Shown here one piece after another: positions 1-8,947 of a stretch of DNA of 64,000 nucleotides. A program made the translations under genes and the position numbers. The notes below the pieces were generated by a model. The model was given only the letters and a program-made list of their open reading frames with translations, was not told the DNA's origin and made no database searches. Numbering within the stretch: the stretch's first letter is position 1; every line of letters begins with the position of its first letter. Source of the DNA: Anaerolineae bacterium (GTDB lineage: Bacteria; Chloroflexota; Anaerolineae; JAAEKA01); the NCBI GenBank assembly GCA_049299095.1, contig JBAQWV010000154.1, positions 1,655 through 65,654 of the forward strand. Reading direction: 5' to 3'.

Positions 1-1449
1 GGGGCGCGGTGGATGCACAGCGGCGTTTCATCTTGTCCTTCGGCGTTGACATAAGACAGATCGAAGCGTTCCGGTACAGCAAAGTCTACCTGGTTGGTTG
101 CTAACGTGAACTCACGGCCGATCGCGCTCCAAATCTGCACGTCAATCTTTGGGCCGTAGAACGCGGCTTCATCGGGCACTTCAACAAAGGGCACGCCGCC
201 GTTGATCATGGCCTTGCGTACCATGGCTTCCGTTTTCAGCCACAGGCGTTCGTTGTCCACGTATTTTTTGCCGAGGCCCTTGGCGCTGTGCGTGCTGAGG
301 CGCATCATGTAGCGGTCAATGCCAAACAGCTCGAAGTAGGCGCGGTACATGGCGATCACGGCCATGAATTCTTCCTCGAACTGTGCTTCAGAACAATAGA
401 TGTGGGCGTCGTTCATCTGCATGGAGCGGACGCGCAGCAAGCCGAACAGCTCGCCGCTCTTTTCGTAGCGGTAGCAGGTGCCATATTCCGCCAGTCGCAC
501 CGGCAGATCGCGGTAGCTGCGCGGCTTGGCCGCGAAGATCTTGTGGTGGAAGGGGCAGTTCATCGGCTTCATGTAGTAGCGCACCCCTTCCAACTCCATC
601 GGTGGATACATCGATTCGGCGTAGTAGGGCAGGTGGCCGCTGCGCAGGAAAAGGGCCTCTTTGGTCAGGTGCGGTGTGCGCACGCGCTGATAGCCGGCCT
701 CTTCTTCCATGTCCTTGGCCAGTTGTTCCAACTGCTCGATCAGAATGCCGCCATTGGGCAGCCAGAGCGGCAGGCCGGGGCCAACTTCGTCGTCGAAGAT
801 GAAGATTTCCAGCTCCTTGCCCAGCTTGCGGTGATCACGCTTCTTGGCCTCTTCCAGCATTTGCAGGTAAGCTTGCAGCTCTTTTTTGTTGGGCCAGGCT
901 GTGCCATAGATGCGTTGCAGCATGGGGTTGGCTTCATCACCGCGCCAGTATGCGCCGGCTACGCTCATGAGCTTGAATGCGTCTGCGGGAATTTGGCCTG
1001 TGTGTTCCAGGTGCGGGCCGCGGCAGAGGTCTTCGAACGTGTCGTGCTTGTAGGTGCTGATCACCGGCGCTTCGCTGGTTTCGTTGCCGTATTCGTCTAC
1101 ACCGCCCTGCGCCAGCCCTTCGATCAACTCCAGCTTGTAGGGTTGATTAGTGAACAGGGTGCGCGCTTCGTCGGTGCTTACCTGGCGGTAAACGAAAGGA
1201 TGTTTGCCCGCGATGATCTGGCGCATACGCTTTTCGATGGCTTCCAGGTCTTCGGGGGTAAAGGAGCGCGGCTTGCCATCCTCCCCTTTGCCCAGATCGA
1301 AATCGTAGTAAAAGCCGTTTTCGATGGGCGGGCCAATAGCGATCTTGGCCTCTGGATAGATTTCTAAGACAGCTTCGGCCATGACGTGCGCCGCGCTGTG
1401 CCGTAGCTTGTAAAGATTGTCCTTTTGCAGGTCGCTTGATTTTGCCATG
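1..1449 (-). CDS. thrS: threonyl-tRNA synthetase, partial (runs off the window start); begins directly with the N2 editing domain and has no TGS/N1 domain
   Basis: Reverse-strand translation from the ATG at 1449 reads MAKSSDLQKDNLYKLRHSAAHVMAEAV...IGPPIENGFYYDFD...RDHRKLGKELEIF...MKPMNCPFHH...PLCIHRA, which is collinear with E. coli ThrRS from residue ~70 onward. A GGAGAA Shine-Dalgarno sits 8 nt upstream, and an in-frame TGA follows immediately upstream, so there is no TGS domain. The gene is absent from the ORF track because it has no stop codon inside the window. Confidence 0.9.
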
Positions 1450-1452
1450 ATG

Positions 1453-1905
1453 TGCTTCTCCTGTCACGGGCTTGTAAATGGGTAGATTGGTGCGCCTTCG
1501 GCGGGTAGATTGGTAGATTGGTTGTATACGCGCAAGCCATCTACCAGTTTACCTGCTCCCAGTCTACCAAGCTACTAAGCCGAAAACCGCATGTCTCCTT
1601 GAATCAATAACCCCCTGCACCTGTTGGGGCGAGGGGGTTGCACGCGGTTCCACCCAACTTAACGCGCCGAGCAAAGCTCAAGCGTCATCTCGTTGTGACC
1701 GATAACGGGGTCAACCGGGCCGACTTACTCGGTGAACAGGTTACGGTAACCACTATTCAGTTCATAAAACTGTTTACTGGTTACTATTCACTGTTTACTG
1801 TTCTGCCGGTCGCTTGCAGGGGGTTTTCAACGGCCCGTGCTGTGGAGGCTTTCAGCCGGGGCGCTCCACTCTCTGATAGAGCGGGTACCGTTTACTCGTC
1901 CTGCT
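1453..1905 (-). promoter_or_regulatory. T-box riboswitch leader of thrS
   Basis: The minus strand contains an F-box-like CGTTA followed by the T-box sequence AGTTGGGTGGAACCGCG (consensus AGGGTGGNACCGCG), which is the reverse complement of plus 1641-1660. This overlaps a terminator hairpin AACCCCCT-15nt-AGGGGGTT (reverse complement of 1609-1639) followed by UUAUUGAUU. Upstream there is an AGAGAG/GA-motif-like stem I region. A candidate TTGATA-N17/19-TATAAT promoter lies near 1911-1945. Confidence 0.55.
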
Positions 1906-1923
1906 CAACGCATTATAATATCC

Positions 1924-1956
1924 AAGCCCTTCGGGTTATCAAAACCCGAAGGGCTT
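1924..1956 (-). terminator. intrinsic terminator hairpin downstream of tRNA-Val
   Basis: Perfect inverted repeat AAGCCCTTCGGGTT-6nt-AACCCGAAGGGCTT followed on the minus strand by A/U-rich sequence. Confidence 0.6.
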
Positions 1957-1959
1957 CTG

Positions 1960-2033
1960 TGGGCGGTACAGGGCTCGAACCTGTGACCTCGGCGATGTCA
2001 ACGCCGCGCTCTAACCAGCTGGGCTAACCGCCC
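1960..2033 (-). tRNA. tRNA-Val (anticodon GAC)
   Basis: The reverse complement GGGCGGTTAGCCCAGCTGGTTAGAGCGCGGCGTTGACATCGCCGAGGTCACAGGTTCGAGCCCTGTACCGCCCA has a 7-bp acceptor stem, a GTTCGAG T-loop, and an anticodon stem CGGCG/CGCCG with loop TTGACAT. The CCA end is not encoded. Confidence 0.85.
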
Positions 2034-2082
2034 GAAGTTTGAATATTATACCATAAACAAAAACACAAGCAAATTTTCGCTT

Positions 2083-3009
2083 TTATTCCTGGGCTGCGCG
2101 CGTCATGGCTTCGACGTTGACCGCGGGCAGCCCAGCCATCAAACCGCCGCTGGTTCCTAAAATCACCGGCGTGCCAAGCAATGGAGCCAACAGGTGTTGC
2201 ACGGCGCTTGTAATGGCTTCCGCTGGCTGTGGCTGGGCCAGCCAGCCTACGTCCACGTTGCCCCACAGGCACAGCTCGCGTCCGACCCGTGCGCGCACGC
2301 GAGCCAGGCTCATGCCTGCGCCCGGCTCCAGCCCCTGCAAACCGTTGATACCAGTCGCGGTCAGGTCGTCCAGCACATCCCACAGGTTGCCGTCGGAGTG
2401 AAAGACTACTGGCAGCCCCGCCTGCTGGCACGCTTCCACCAGCACGGTTAGATAGGGGAAATAATGTTGCCGCAGTGCGGCCGGCTTGATCGTGGTGCTG
2501 CGACGATAGGCGATGTCGTCCCCCAGCAAAATACCATCCGCCCCTACCGTTGCCAGGTGTTGCGCCCATGCGGCCTGTTCCACCACAGCTTCAGCCATGA
2601 AGCGCACGGCATCGGGTGTGCCCGCGGTCAGGTTGAGCAGCGCCTGTTCCCAGCCCCAGGCTTTGGCAGCCAGGCTGAACGGGCCATCCACAAGGGCAAA
2701 TACGAACAGATCGCTGGCTTCCCGCCATTGGCGCAACCAAAAAAGCGCGTCCTCCAGCTCAGGCTGCACCGGGCTGCCCCAGCCGTGCGAAAAGGAAACC
2801 ACTACCACGTCTTGCTGTAAACGCTGCCAGACTGCCTGCCGCGCGGCCCACGGCACGGCTTCCCCTTCGATGCCGACGATGTCGCGCAGAAACGCGTCGT
2901 CAATCACCAGTTCCCCGCGCAGCACGCGGCCCGGCCATGCACCCATCAAGGCGCGCTGCACAGCCCGGCGACTGCTTAAGACTTTTGCCTGTTCAGATCG
3001 TTTGCTCAT
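2083..3009 (-). CDS. uroporphyrinogen decarboxylase (URO-D) family protein / MtaA-like methyltransferase fold
   Basis: 308 aa with URO-D-like motifs (LLGDDIA, VVFHSDGN, and a C-terminal ILGTSGG...P..NVEA). Overlaps the upstream MFS gene by 17 nt, consistent with an operon. Confidence 0.5.
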   Translation of the reverse strand: MSKRSEQAKVLSSRRAVQRALMGAWPGRVLRGELVIDDAFLRDIVGIEGEAVPWAARQAVWQRLQQDVVVVSFSHGWGSPVQPELEDALFWLRQWREASDLFVFALVDGPFSLAAKAWGWEQALLNLTAGTPDAVRFMAEAVVEQAAWAQHLATVGADGILLGDDIAYRRSTTIKPAALRQHYFPYLTVLVEACQQAGLPVVFHSDGNLWDVLDDLTATGINGLQGLEPGAGMSLARVRARVGRELCLWGNVDVGWLAQPQPAEAITSAVQHLLAPLLGTPVILGTSGGLMAGLPAVNVEAMTRAAQE

Positions 3010-4183
3010 TTGCTTGTTCCTGTACCCAGCGCCACAGTACCCACGCGGCCGCGGCGGCGCCCGTTGCGCCCAGCAACGCGGTGGCGGTCATGCCGCCGCG
3101 CTCAAACAAGGCTACCGCTAGATAGTCACTGACGGTACGGGTGGCGCCACCCGCCATCACGGCTAACGAAAGCACTGTGCCGCGCGCCAGCGGAACCTGC
3201 TCCGACAGCAGGCTGATGTGCGAGACGATGCTCCATTCAAAGCTGAGGGTGAACACGGCCATGCCAGCCACGGCCAGCGCCGGACTGACGGCCAGCAAGG
3301 GCAGCGCCAGCATGGTGCAGGTCATGGCGACCAACCCCAAGCCTACCCCACGGCGCTTGCCAAGGCGGTCAATCAGCAAGCTGCTGGATGCCGAGGCGAT
3401 CAACTCGGCGATGCCTAGCAGCGACGCGATGCGTCCGATGCGGTCAGGTGTCATGGCGAAGGCTTGCTCCAGCCAAGCGCCATAGGTGATGAAGAAACTT
3501 TCCGCGGCCACAAAGATCAGTCCATTGACCAGGATTGCGGCCCGCGCGCTGGGTGAGCGCCAGACGGTGGCTGCCATCTGGCGAAAGCTGATCAACGTCT
3601 GCTGGCGGGCTTGCTCACCCGCTGGCAGTAGCAACGGCAGCGGCGCAACCAGCAAGCTCAGCACAGCCAGCAGGCGCAGTGGCGTTTGCCAGCCCAGTTC
3701 GACAATCATCAGACCGATCAGTGGCAGGATCGCCAGACCGGTCAGCGCCCAACTGAATTCGATGATGCCGATCACGCGGCCGCGGCGTTGGAAGGGCACG
3801 AATGCACTAATGGCGGCCTGGATTGTGGGGATGATTGCTGCGGAGCTGAGGCCAAGCAAGGCGAGCGGCAAGAGCGCGGCCCAAAAGCCATCGGCCAGGC
3901 TCAACCAGGCCAGACTGCCCGCTTGCACCAGCAAAGCCGCAATGAGCAAGTCGCGCGGGCCGCGCCGGTCGTTCCACGCGCCGAAAAGGGGGCTGGGGAA
4001 GACCATCGCGGAGCGTAACGCCAGCAGCAGGCCGCCTGCGGACAGGCTGATCCCCAGCCCGCGGCTGAGGGCCGGCAGATAAGGGTAGAGCAGCCGCACT
4101 GATGTGTCCACGACCAGACGCATCGCAATGGCAGTGGACACGAGACGGCGTGTGCGTGGCGGGGGAGATGATTTGAGCAACAA
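2993..4183 (-). CDS. MFS transporter
   Basis: 396 aa, about 12 predicted TM helices, with a D-R-x-G-R-R-like loop (LIDRLGKRRG). Confidence 0.75.
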   Translation of the reverse strand: MLLKSSPPPRTRRLVSTAIAMRLVVDTSVRLLYPYLPALSRGLGISLSAGGLLLALRSAMVFPSPLFGAWNDRRGPRDLLIAALLVQAGSLAWLSLADGFWAALLPLALLGLSSAAIIPTIQAAISAFVPFQRRGRVIGIIEFSWALTGLAILPLIGLMIVELGWQTPLRLLAVLSLLVAPLPLLLPAGEQARQQTLISFRQMAATVWRSPSARAAILVNGLIFVAAESFFITYGAWLEQAFAMTPDRIGRIASLLGIAELIASASSSLLIDRLGKRRGVGLGLVAMTCTMLALPLLAVSPALAVAGMAVFTLSFEWSIVSHISLLSEQVPLARGTVLSLAVMAGGATRTVSDYLAVALFERGGMTATALLGATGAAAAAWVLWRWVQEQANEQTI

Positions 4184-4301
4184 GAGAGTAATATCAGGGA
4201 TGCATAATTAAAGGTAGCCAACTCCGCGCAAAGCCGATGGTTCGACATAACGAAAAAGAAGATGGCTAGTGGCTTCGGTAGTCATGTAGACAGTCGTCCG
4301 A

Positions 4302-5099
4302 TTAAGTGTGTGCAGAGGCGTTTGTCGGACGCTGCAACAGCTCCAGCACAGCAGGCAAGAGCGTGTCGCTGGTTCCCATGGCTTCCCCGGCGTAGATCGT
4401 GCGCTGACCCTGCCAGTCACCGAAATAGCCGCCAGCCTCGCGCAGGATTGGCGGGAAGGGGCCGCAGTCCCACACACTCGTAATGGGATCAAGCATCAAC
4501 TCGGCGCGGCCGGTCGCCACCAGGCAGTAGCCGTAGGCGTCGCCTAGTCCGGCGCGATGATAGGTGCTTTCGATCACACGCTGCCACTCGGCGCTGCGCC
4601 CATAGCGCGCAAAGCTACCTGCGTCGCTGCAAGAAACATGGGCGCGCGCCAGTTGCGTTTGCGTGGACACGCGCGCTCGCCGCCCGTTCCACCAGCAGCC
4701 GCGGTCGGTGGCCGCGTAGATCATGTCGTCCAGTGCGGGGAAATAGACGGCGCCCACCTCGACCTGGCCTGCAATCTCCAGTCCCAGCAACACCGCGTAC
4801 AGCGGCACGCCGCGGATGAAGGCTTTTGTGCCGTCAATGGGGTCAATAAACCAGCGGTGTGTGGCGTCGGCGGTCTCCTGCACGCCAAACTCTTCACCGA
4901 CAATCGCGTGGCGCGGGTAACGTTGCTCGATGCGCTGGCGGATCAATTCCTCTGCGCCGCGGTCGGCCGCGGTCACTGGTGTGTCGTCGCTCTTCATGTC
5001 GGGCCGCACATCAGCTTGGTAATAGCCCAATGTCAGCTTGCCTGCCAGATAGACTGTTTCAACCGCAAATTCGAGGAAGCTGTCGAGGGTGTCGTTCAT
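4302..5099 (-). CDS. inositol monophosphatase family protein (possible histidinol-phosphatase HisN-type)
   Basis: Carries the WFIDPIDGT IMPase signature and a DPIT...WD motif. Start chosen at MNDTLDSF (AAGGA RBS) rather than the longer 5147 ORF, which would extend into the tandem repeat. Confidence 0.7.
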   Translation of the reverse strand: MNDTLDSFLEFAVETVYLAGKLTLGYYQADVRPDMKSDDTPVTAADRGAEELIRQRIEQRYPRHAIVGEEFGVQETADATHRWFIDPIDGTKAFIRGVPLYAVLLGLEIAGQVEVGAVYFPALDDMIYAATDRGCWWNGRRARVSTQTQLARAHVSCSDAGSFARYGRSAEWQRVIESTYHRAGLGDAYGYCLVATGRAELMLDPITSVWDCGPFPPILREAGGYFGDWQGQRTIYAGEAMGTSDTLLPAVLELLQRPTNASAHT

Positions 5100-5118
5100 C
5101 AGAAAGTCCTTTGGGTTC

Positions 5119-5535
5119 AGTTTGCTGGCTTCGGCAGGCTCAGCCAACGGAGAGGCGCGGGGTGAGCTTGTCGAACCCCGCCTTGTGACCAGAGTGGCTT
5201 CGACAGGCTCAGCTTGCTGGCTTCGACAGGCTCAGCTTGCTGGCTTCGACAGGCTCAGCCAACGGGAGGCTGGCTTCGACAGGCTCAGCCAACGGGAGCA
5301 GGCTGGCTTCGGCAGGCTCAGCCAACGAGGAGCGCGGGGTGAGCTTGTCGAACCCCGCCTTGTGACCAGAGTGGCTTCGGCAGGCTCAGCCAACGGAGAG
5401 GCTGGCTTCGGCAGGCTCAGCTTGCTGGCTTCGACAGGCTCAGCCAACGGGAGCAGGCTGGCTTCGACAGGCTCAGCCAACGGGAGCAGGCTGGCTTCGG
5501 CAGGCTCAGCCAACGGGAGCAGGCTCAGCCAACGT
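5119..5535. repeat. complex tandem repeat: 12 copies of an 18-nt core GGCTTCGRCAGGCTCAGC with variable linkers and a duplicated 40-nt hairpin insert
   Basis: Directly readable. Linkers are TTGCT, CAACGGGAG(CAG)GCT, and a 40-nt insert CGCGGGGTGAGCTTGTCGAACCCCGCCTTGTGACCAGAGT present twice (5154-5194 and 5332-5371), giving a roughly 178-bp higher-order duplication. Lies between the GT39 stop and the IMPase start. Confidence 0.9.
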
Positions 5536-7823
5536 CACGGCGATGTGACGGAAACGATGCCCAGATCAAGTGCATCCGCGCCTGCGGGTGTGCGCAGCCG
5601 CTCACCGCTGACGATATTGTACAGACCCACTTCCAGCCGGTAGTCGCCTGCGGGTGCATCTGCGGCCAGCGGAATGCGGTAGTGATCCGCGACGAGCGCG
5701 CCGGGGGTCCAGGTGGTGGTCGGCGCTGCCCCGCCAGCGGGTTCGCTGTCCACCTGCCCCCAGATGAAGTTGCTGTTCGCGGCGTTCCAGGTTTCACCCA
5801 GCAGATGGGTAAATACCTTGTAGCGCACTGGCTGCGGCTCCTCTGTGCGCCAGTATAGCGTCAAATCGAGAGTGTCGCCGGGGTGCAGCACATCGGGGCG
5901 GCGTTCGTAGCCCACTAGATGGATCGCCTCGCCCCATTGTATGTCCAGCGGCGTGGCCGCGGGGCTGAGCGTGGCCGCGGTGGACGCGTTGAGCCGCACC
6001 AGCGTGAACGCGCCTGCGGTCTGTGCGGGATCGTTGTCCGGCTGCACCTGGATGGTATAGCGTCCGGCGGGCAAGTCGGGCGACAAATGGATGTCAATTT
6101 GCTGGCGGCTGCGACCCGTGGGCAGTGCGTTGGCCGGCTCGGTTAGGCGGTGGACGGTCGGGCCGGTCAGCGTAACTGTCACCGTCTGCGCGGGCGCGCG
6201 CCACAGCAGGGCCAGGTGCAGCGTGTCCCCTACTGCGTAGCGCGTTAGTGGCAGCACGGCCCCGACCAGCGCGCCGGTTGTGCCCTTCGACAGGCTGACG
6301 GCACGTTGCGGCAGGCGATAAGCGGCCACTACTGCCATCGGCTCTGCCGTGCGTTCAGGCGTGCGCGCGTAAAAAGCCAGCGTATGTTCCCCGTAGTCCC
6401 AACGCGTCACTCTGGCTGCCCGCGCATCCAGCCAGGAGCGTACGAGGCCCTGCGGATCCATGCGCAGCGCGTCGGGGGTGGTTACCAGCCAGATGCCATC
6501 GCTGGCCTGCCAAATCGGCTCCAGCAGCCAGCCGGCCGCGTCCGATTGCATGGTCGCGCCGTTGGGCACGCCCTGCCAAGCGCCTGCATATTGCGCGGCG
6601 AAGAGCGGCCAGTCGTGATCGCTGTACAGCACGACGGCGTCCGCCGGCTGCCGCAGCGCGCGCAGTGTATCAGCCAGCGACCACAGGTCGTCGCGACGGA
6701 TGCGGTCGGGGTAAAACTGCGCCAGACCGAGCAGGGCCACCGCAACGATGATACCGGTTCCCAGAGCGGCCAGCACGCGCTGCCGTCGGGCTAACGCGGC
6801 CAATCCCAGCGCCTGCAAGGTGTAGAAGCAGGCCGCGAGCGGCAGCAAATAGCGTGGTGCGAGCCGCGGCGCATAGAAAATGTGCACGGACAGCGAAATC
6901 AGGTAAACCAGCAGGGCGGGTAACAAAACTCCCCATAACAACATGGCAAAACCACCGCGGCGCGCGGGTGTGCGCAGGGTGTGCCAGAGAAAGGGCAATG
7001 TCAGCAGGAGTAACGCGAAGATTATGCTGGTCGGCCAGATGTAATAGGCGAGGTTTTCGGATACGCCGACTGCCAGTGTGGTGGCATAGAGTTGAAGGAA
7101 CAGCGGCAGAGCGAATGGCTCAGCGGTAGACCAGGTGGGGATGCGTGGTAGCGCATACGCCAGCCAGGGTATGTAGAGTAGTATCACCGCAACTTGAACT
7201 GCGATCCAGCGCCACACAGCCCGACGCGATAGCTGGCGACCAAGCCACAAGCCTAAAAAGGCTAGATTAGCAATGATTAATACTGAAACGGACAGATATA
7301 AAGTCCATAACGCGGCTTCGGCTGCCACAGCATACATGACACCGTAATACACGCGGTCGGTCTGCCACCAGCGCACTGCTGACCACAAGGCAAGCGTGGC
7401 AAAGAGAGCTGACCAGATATACATGCGCAGTTCTTGTGACCAGGTGATCGCAAACGGTGAAAGGGCCAGAAAGAGGGCTGCCAGTCTGCCCGCGCGTGCG
7501 CCGCCGAGGGTTTGGCCGAGTTGATAAATGAGTGCGACGGTCAACGTGCCTGCCCATACCGATGTGTAGCGCATAACAAATTCACCGTCGCCAACTATAG
7601 TCCACCACAATCGTTGGATAAGTAGTTGTAGCGGGGGATGCACGTCATGCGCGGTCTGGTTGAAAATTTCTGAGATGGGTAAACGAGCCAGCCAGGCTAC
7701 CCAACCTTCATCCCACCAAAAATTGCGGTCATCCAATCCCCAAATGCGCAACGCAAAAGCCAGCAGTAGAATGCTGGTCAGAACAAGACGATCTTTGAGA
7801 AAAGCGGTGCGTGAAACGGTCAT
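5535..7823 (-). CDS. glycosyltransferase family 39 (ArnT/PMT-like) integral membrane protein with a C-terminal Ig-like/periplasmic domain
   Basis: 762 aa. The N-terminus (LLLAFALRIWGLDDRNFWWDEGWVAWLARLP) and the multi-TM region are typical of GT39/GT83 dolichyl/undecaprenyl-phosphate-sugar transferases. Confidence 0.65.
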   Translation of the reverse strand: MTVSRTAFLKDRLVLTSILLLAFALRIWGLDDRNFWWDEGWVAWLARLPISEIFNQTAHDVHPPLQLLIQRLWWTIVGDGEFVMRYTSVWAGTLTVALIYQLGQTLGGARAGRLAALFLALSPFAITWSQELRMYIWSALFATLALWSAVRWWQTDRVYYGVMYAVAAEAALWTLYLSVSVLIIANLAFLGLWLGRQLSRRAVWRWIAVQVAVILLYIPWLAYALPRIPTWSTAEPFALPLFLQLYATTLAVGVSENLAYYIWPTSIIFALLLLTLPFLWHTLRTPARRGGFAMLLWGVLLPALLVYLISLSVHIFYAPRLAPRYLLPLAACFYTLQALGLAALARRQRVLAALGTGIIVAVALLGLAQFYPDRIRRDDLWSLADTLRALRQPADAVVLYSDHDWPLFAAQYAGAWQGVPNGATMQSDAAGWLLEPIWQASDGIWLVTTPDALRMDPQGLVRSWLDARAARVTRWDYGEHTLAFYARTPERTAEPMAVVAAYRLPQRAVSLSKGTTGALVGAVLPLTRYAVGDTLHLALLWRAPAQTVTVTLTGPTVHRLTEPANALPTGRSRQQIDIHLSPDLPAGRYTIQVQPDNDPAQTAGAFTLVRLNASTAATLSPAATPLDIQWGEAIHLVGYERRPDVLHPGDTLDLTLYWRTEEPQPVRYKVFTHLLGETWNAANSNFIWGQVDSEPAGGAAPTTTWTPGALVADHYRIPLAADAPAGDYRLEVGLYNIVSGERLRTPAGADALDLGIVSVTSP

Positions 7824-7918
7824 CTTGCAAAAAAAGCGACTTTACCACGAAGAGACGAAGACACAACGGGTTGAAATGGGGGTGTTGTGCCTCGGTGGTT
7901 GTCATTCTGCCTGCGACA

Positions 7919-8947
7919 TCAACCTCCCACGAAGCGGGCGTAGGCGCTGCGGGCTGTGCTTTCGTCTTCTGTGCCTTTGATAATGGCGCGGCCATCGGGG
8001 AAGAGGGTCATTTCCAACGTGTCCCAGACGCCGCGCAACAAATACGGGTTGAGGGTGACGGCCTGTGCGCCCGCGGCTTGCCAGCGTTCCGCCAGAGTGG
8101 GCAAATTGAGTGTCGTGCCGCCGGTCACGCTGACCTGCACTGCGTTGCGGCCACAGAGCGTTGTCGTGGTCGCGCCACGTTCGGCATGTAGAAACTCATA
8201 TTGATGCTGCCCGCAGGCTGGACAGTCGGGCCGCCGCCACACCTCGAAGCGTTCCAGGCTGTTGTCAAGCAGGTCGTAGTTCAGCAGCGTATTGGTGTTC
8301 AGCTCGCCAAAGCCTGCCAGCAGCTTGAGCGCCTCCCCTGCGGCAATGGAAGCTACCACGCTCACCGATGGAGGCAGCACTCCCGCGGTGTCACAGGTGG
8401 CCGCGACGCCTGGCGCGGGCATGTCGCCCAGCAGGCAGCGCAGACAAGCCGTCTCGCCGGGGCGAATGGTCATGGTCATGCCATAGCTGCCCACCACGCC
8501 GCTGTAAATCCAGGGGATGCCAAGTTGGAGACAGGCGTCATTCAACAGAAAGCGCGTGGTGAAGTTATCTGTGCCGTCCAATACCAAATCGGCTCCGGCC
8601 AGCAGCGCCAGCACGTTGTCCGGGGTCACGTCGGCCACAATCCCCTCGATCTCGATATCGGAGTTGATGCGTGTCAGTTTGCGCCGCGCAGCTTCAGCCT
8701 TGGGCAGGCCATCGGCCAGGTCTTGCTCATCGAACAACAACTGGCGTTGCAGGTTGTTTAGCTCGATGAAATCGCGGTCAACGATGCGCAAATGGCCGAT
8801 GCCGCTGCGCGCCAGGTGGTTGGCGATGACGGTGCCGGTTGCGCCACAGCCGATCACCACCACCGTAGCCGCCAGCAGGCGTTGCTGGCCCGCTTCGCCC
8901 AGGCCGGGGAAGATGATTTGGCGGGTGTAGCGAGCAAAACTGGACAT
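7919..8947 (-). CDS. ThiF/MoeB-family E1-like adenylyltransferase with a C-terminal ~95-aa extension ending in Gly-Gly
   Basis: Canonical N-terminus MSSFARYTRQI, a GCGATG nucleotide-binding loop, and CLRC...CPAC zinc motifs. The C-terminal tail ...LNPYLLRGVWDTLEMTLFPDGRAIIKG...ARFVGG-stop follows. The ORF track's longer GTG start at 9067 was rejected. Confidence 0.75.
   Translation of the reverse strand: MSSFARYTRQIIFPGLGEAGQQRLLAATVVVIGCGATGTVIANHLARSGIGHLRIVDRDFIELNNLQRQLLFDEQDLADGLPKAEAARRKLTRINSDIEIEGIVADVTPDNVLALLAGADLVLDGTDNFTTRFLLNDACLQLGIPWIYSGVVGSYGMTMTIRPGETACLRCLLGDMPAPGVAATCDTAGVLPPSVSVVASIAAGEALKLLAGFGELNTNTLLNYDLLDNSLERFEVWRRPDCPACGQHQYEFLHAERGATTTTLCGRNAVQVSVTGGTTLNLPTLAERWQAAGAQAVTLNPYLLRGVWDTLEMTLFPDGRAIIKGTEDESTARSAYARFVGG

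Noticed and set aside
288-1367. 359-aa plus-strand ORF (and the 383..802 ORF) at the window start
   Set aside because: It is the antisense frame of the thrS gene. Its composition (A/G/V/H-rich) is typical of a reverse-strand artefact in GC-rich DNA. The minus strand gives an unambiguous ThrRS.
5154-5194. GCGGGGTgagcttgtcgaACCCCGC (contains GGTTCGA-like sequence) as a tRNA fragment
   Set aside because: It is only a simple hairpin with no cloverleaf, and it occurs twice as part of the tandem repeat.
5119-5535. Tandem repeat as a possible CRISPR array
   Set aside because: The repeat unit is only 18 nt. Spacers are 5-41 nt and are themselves repeated. There is no leader and no cas genes.
5089-5643. 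ORFs 5089..5643 (+) and 5232..5513 (-) encoding ASAGSANG- or PAE-rich repeats
   Set aside because: They lie entirely within the tandem repeat, have no RBS, and their periodicity follows the DNA repeat. Treated as non-coding.
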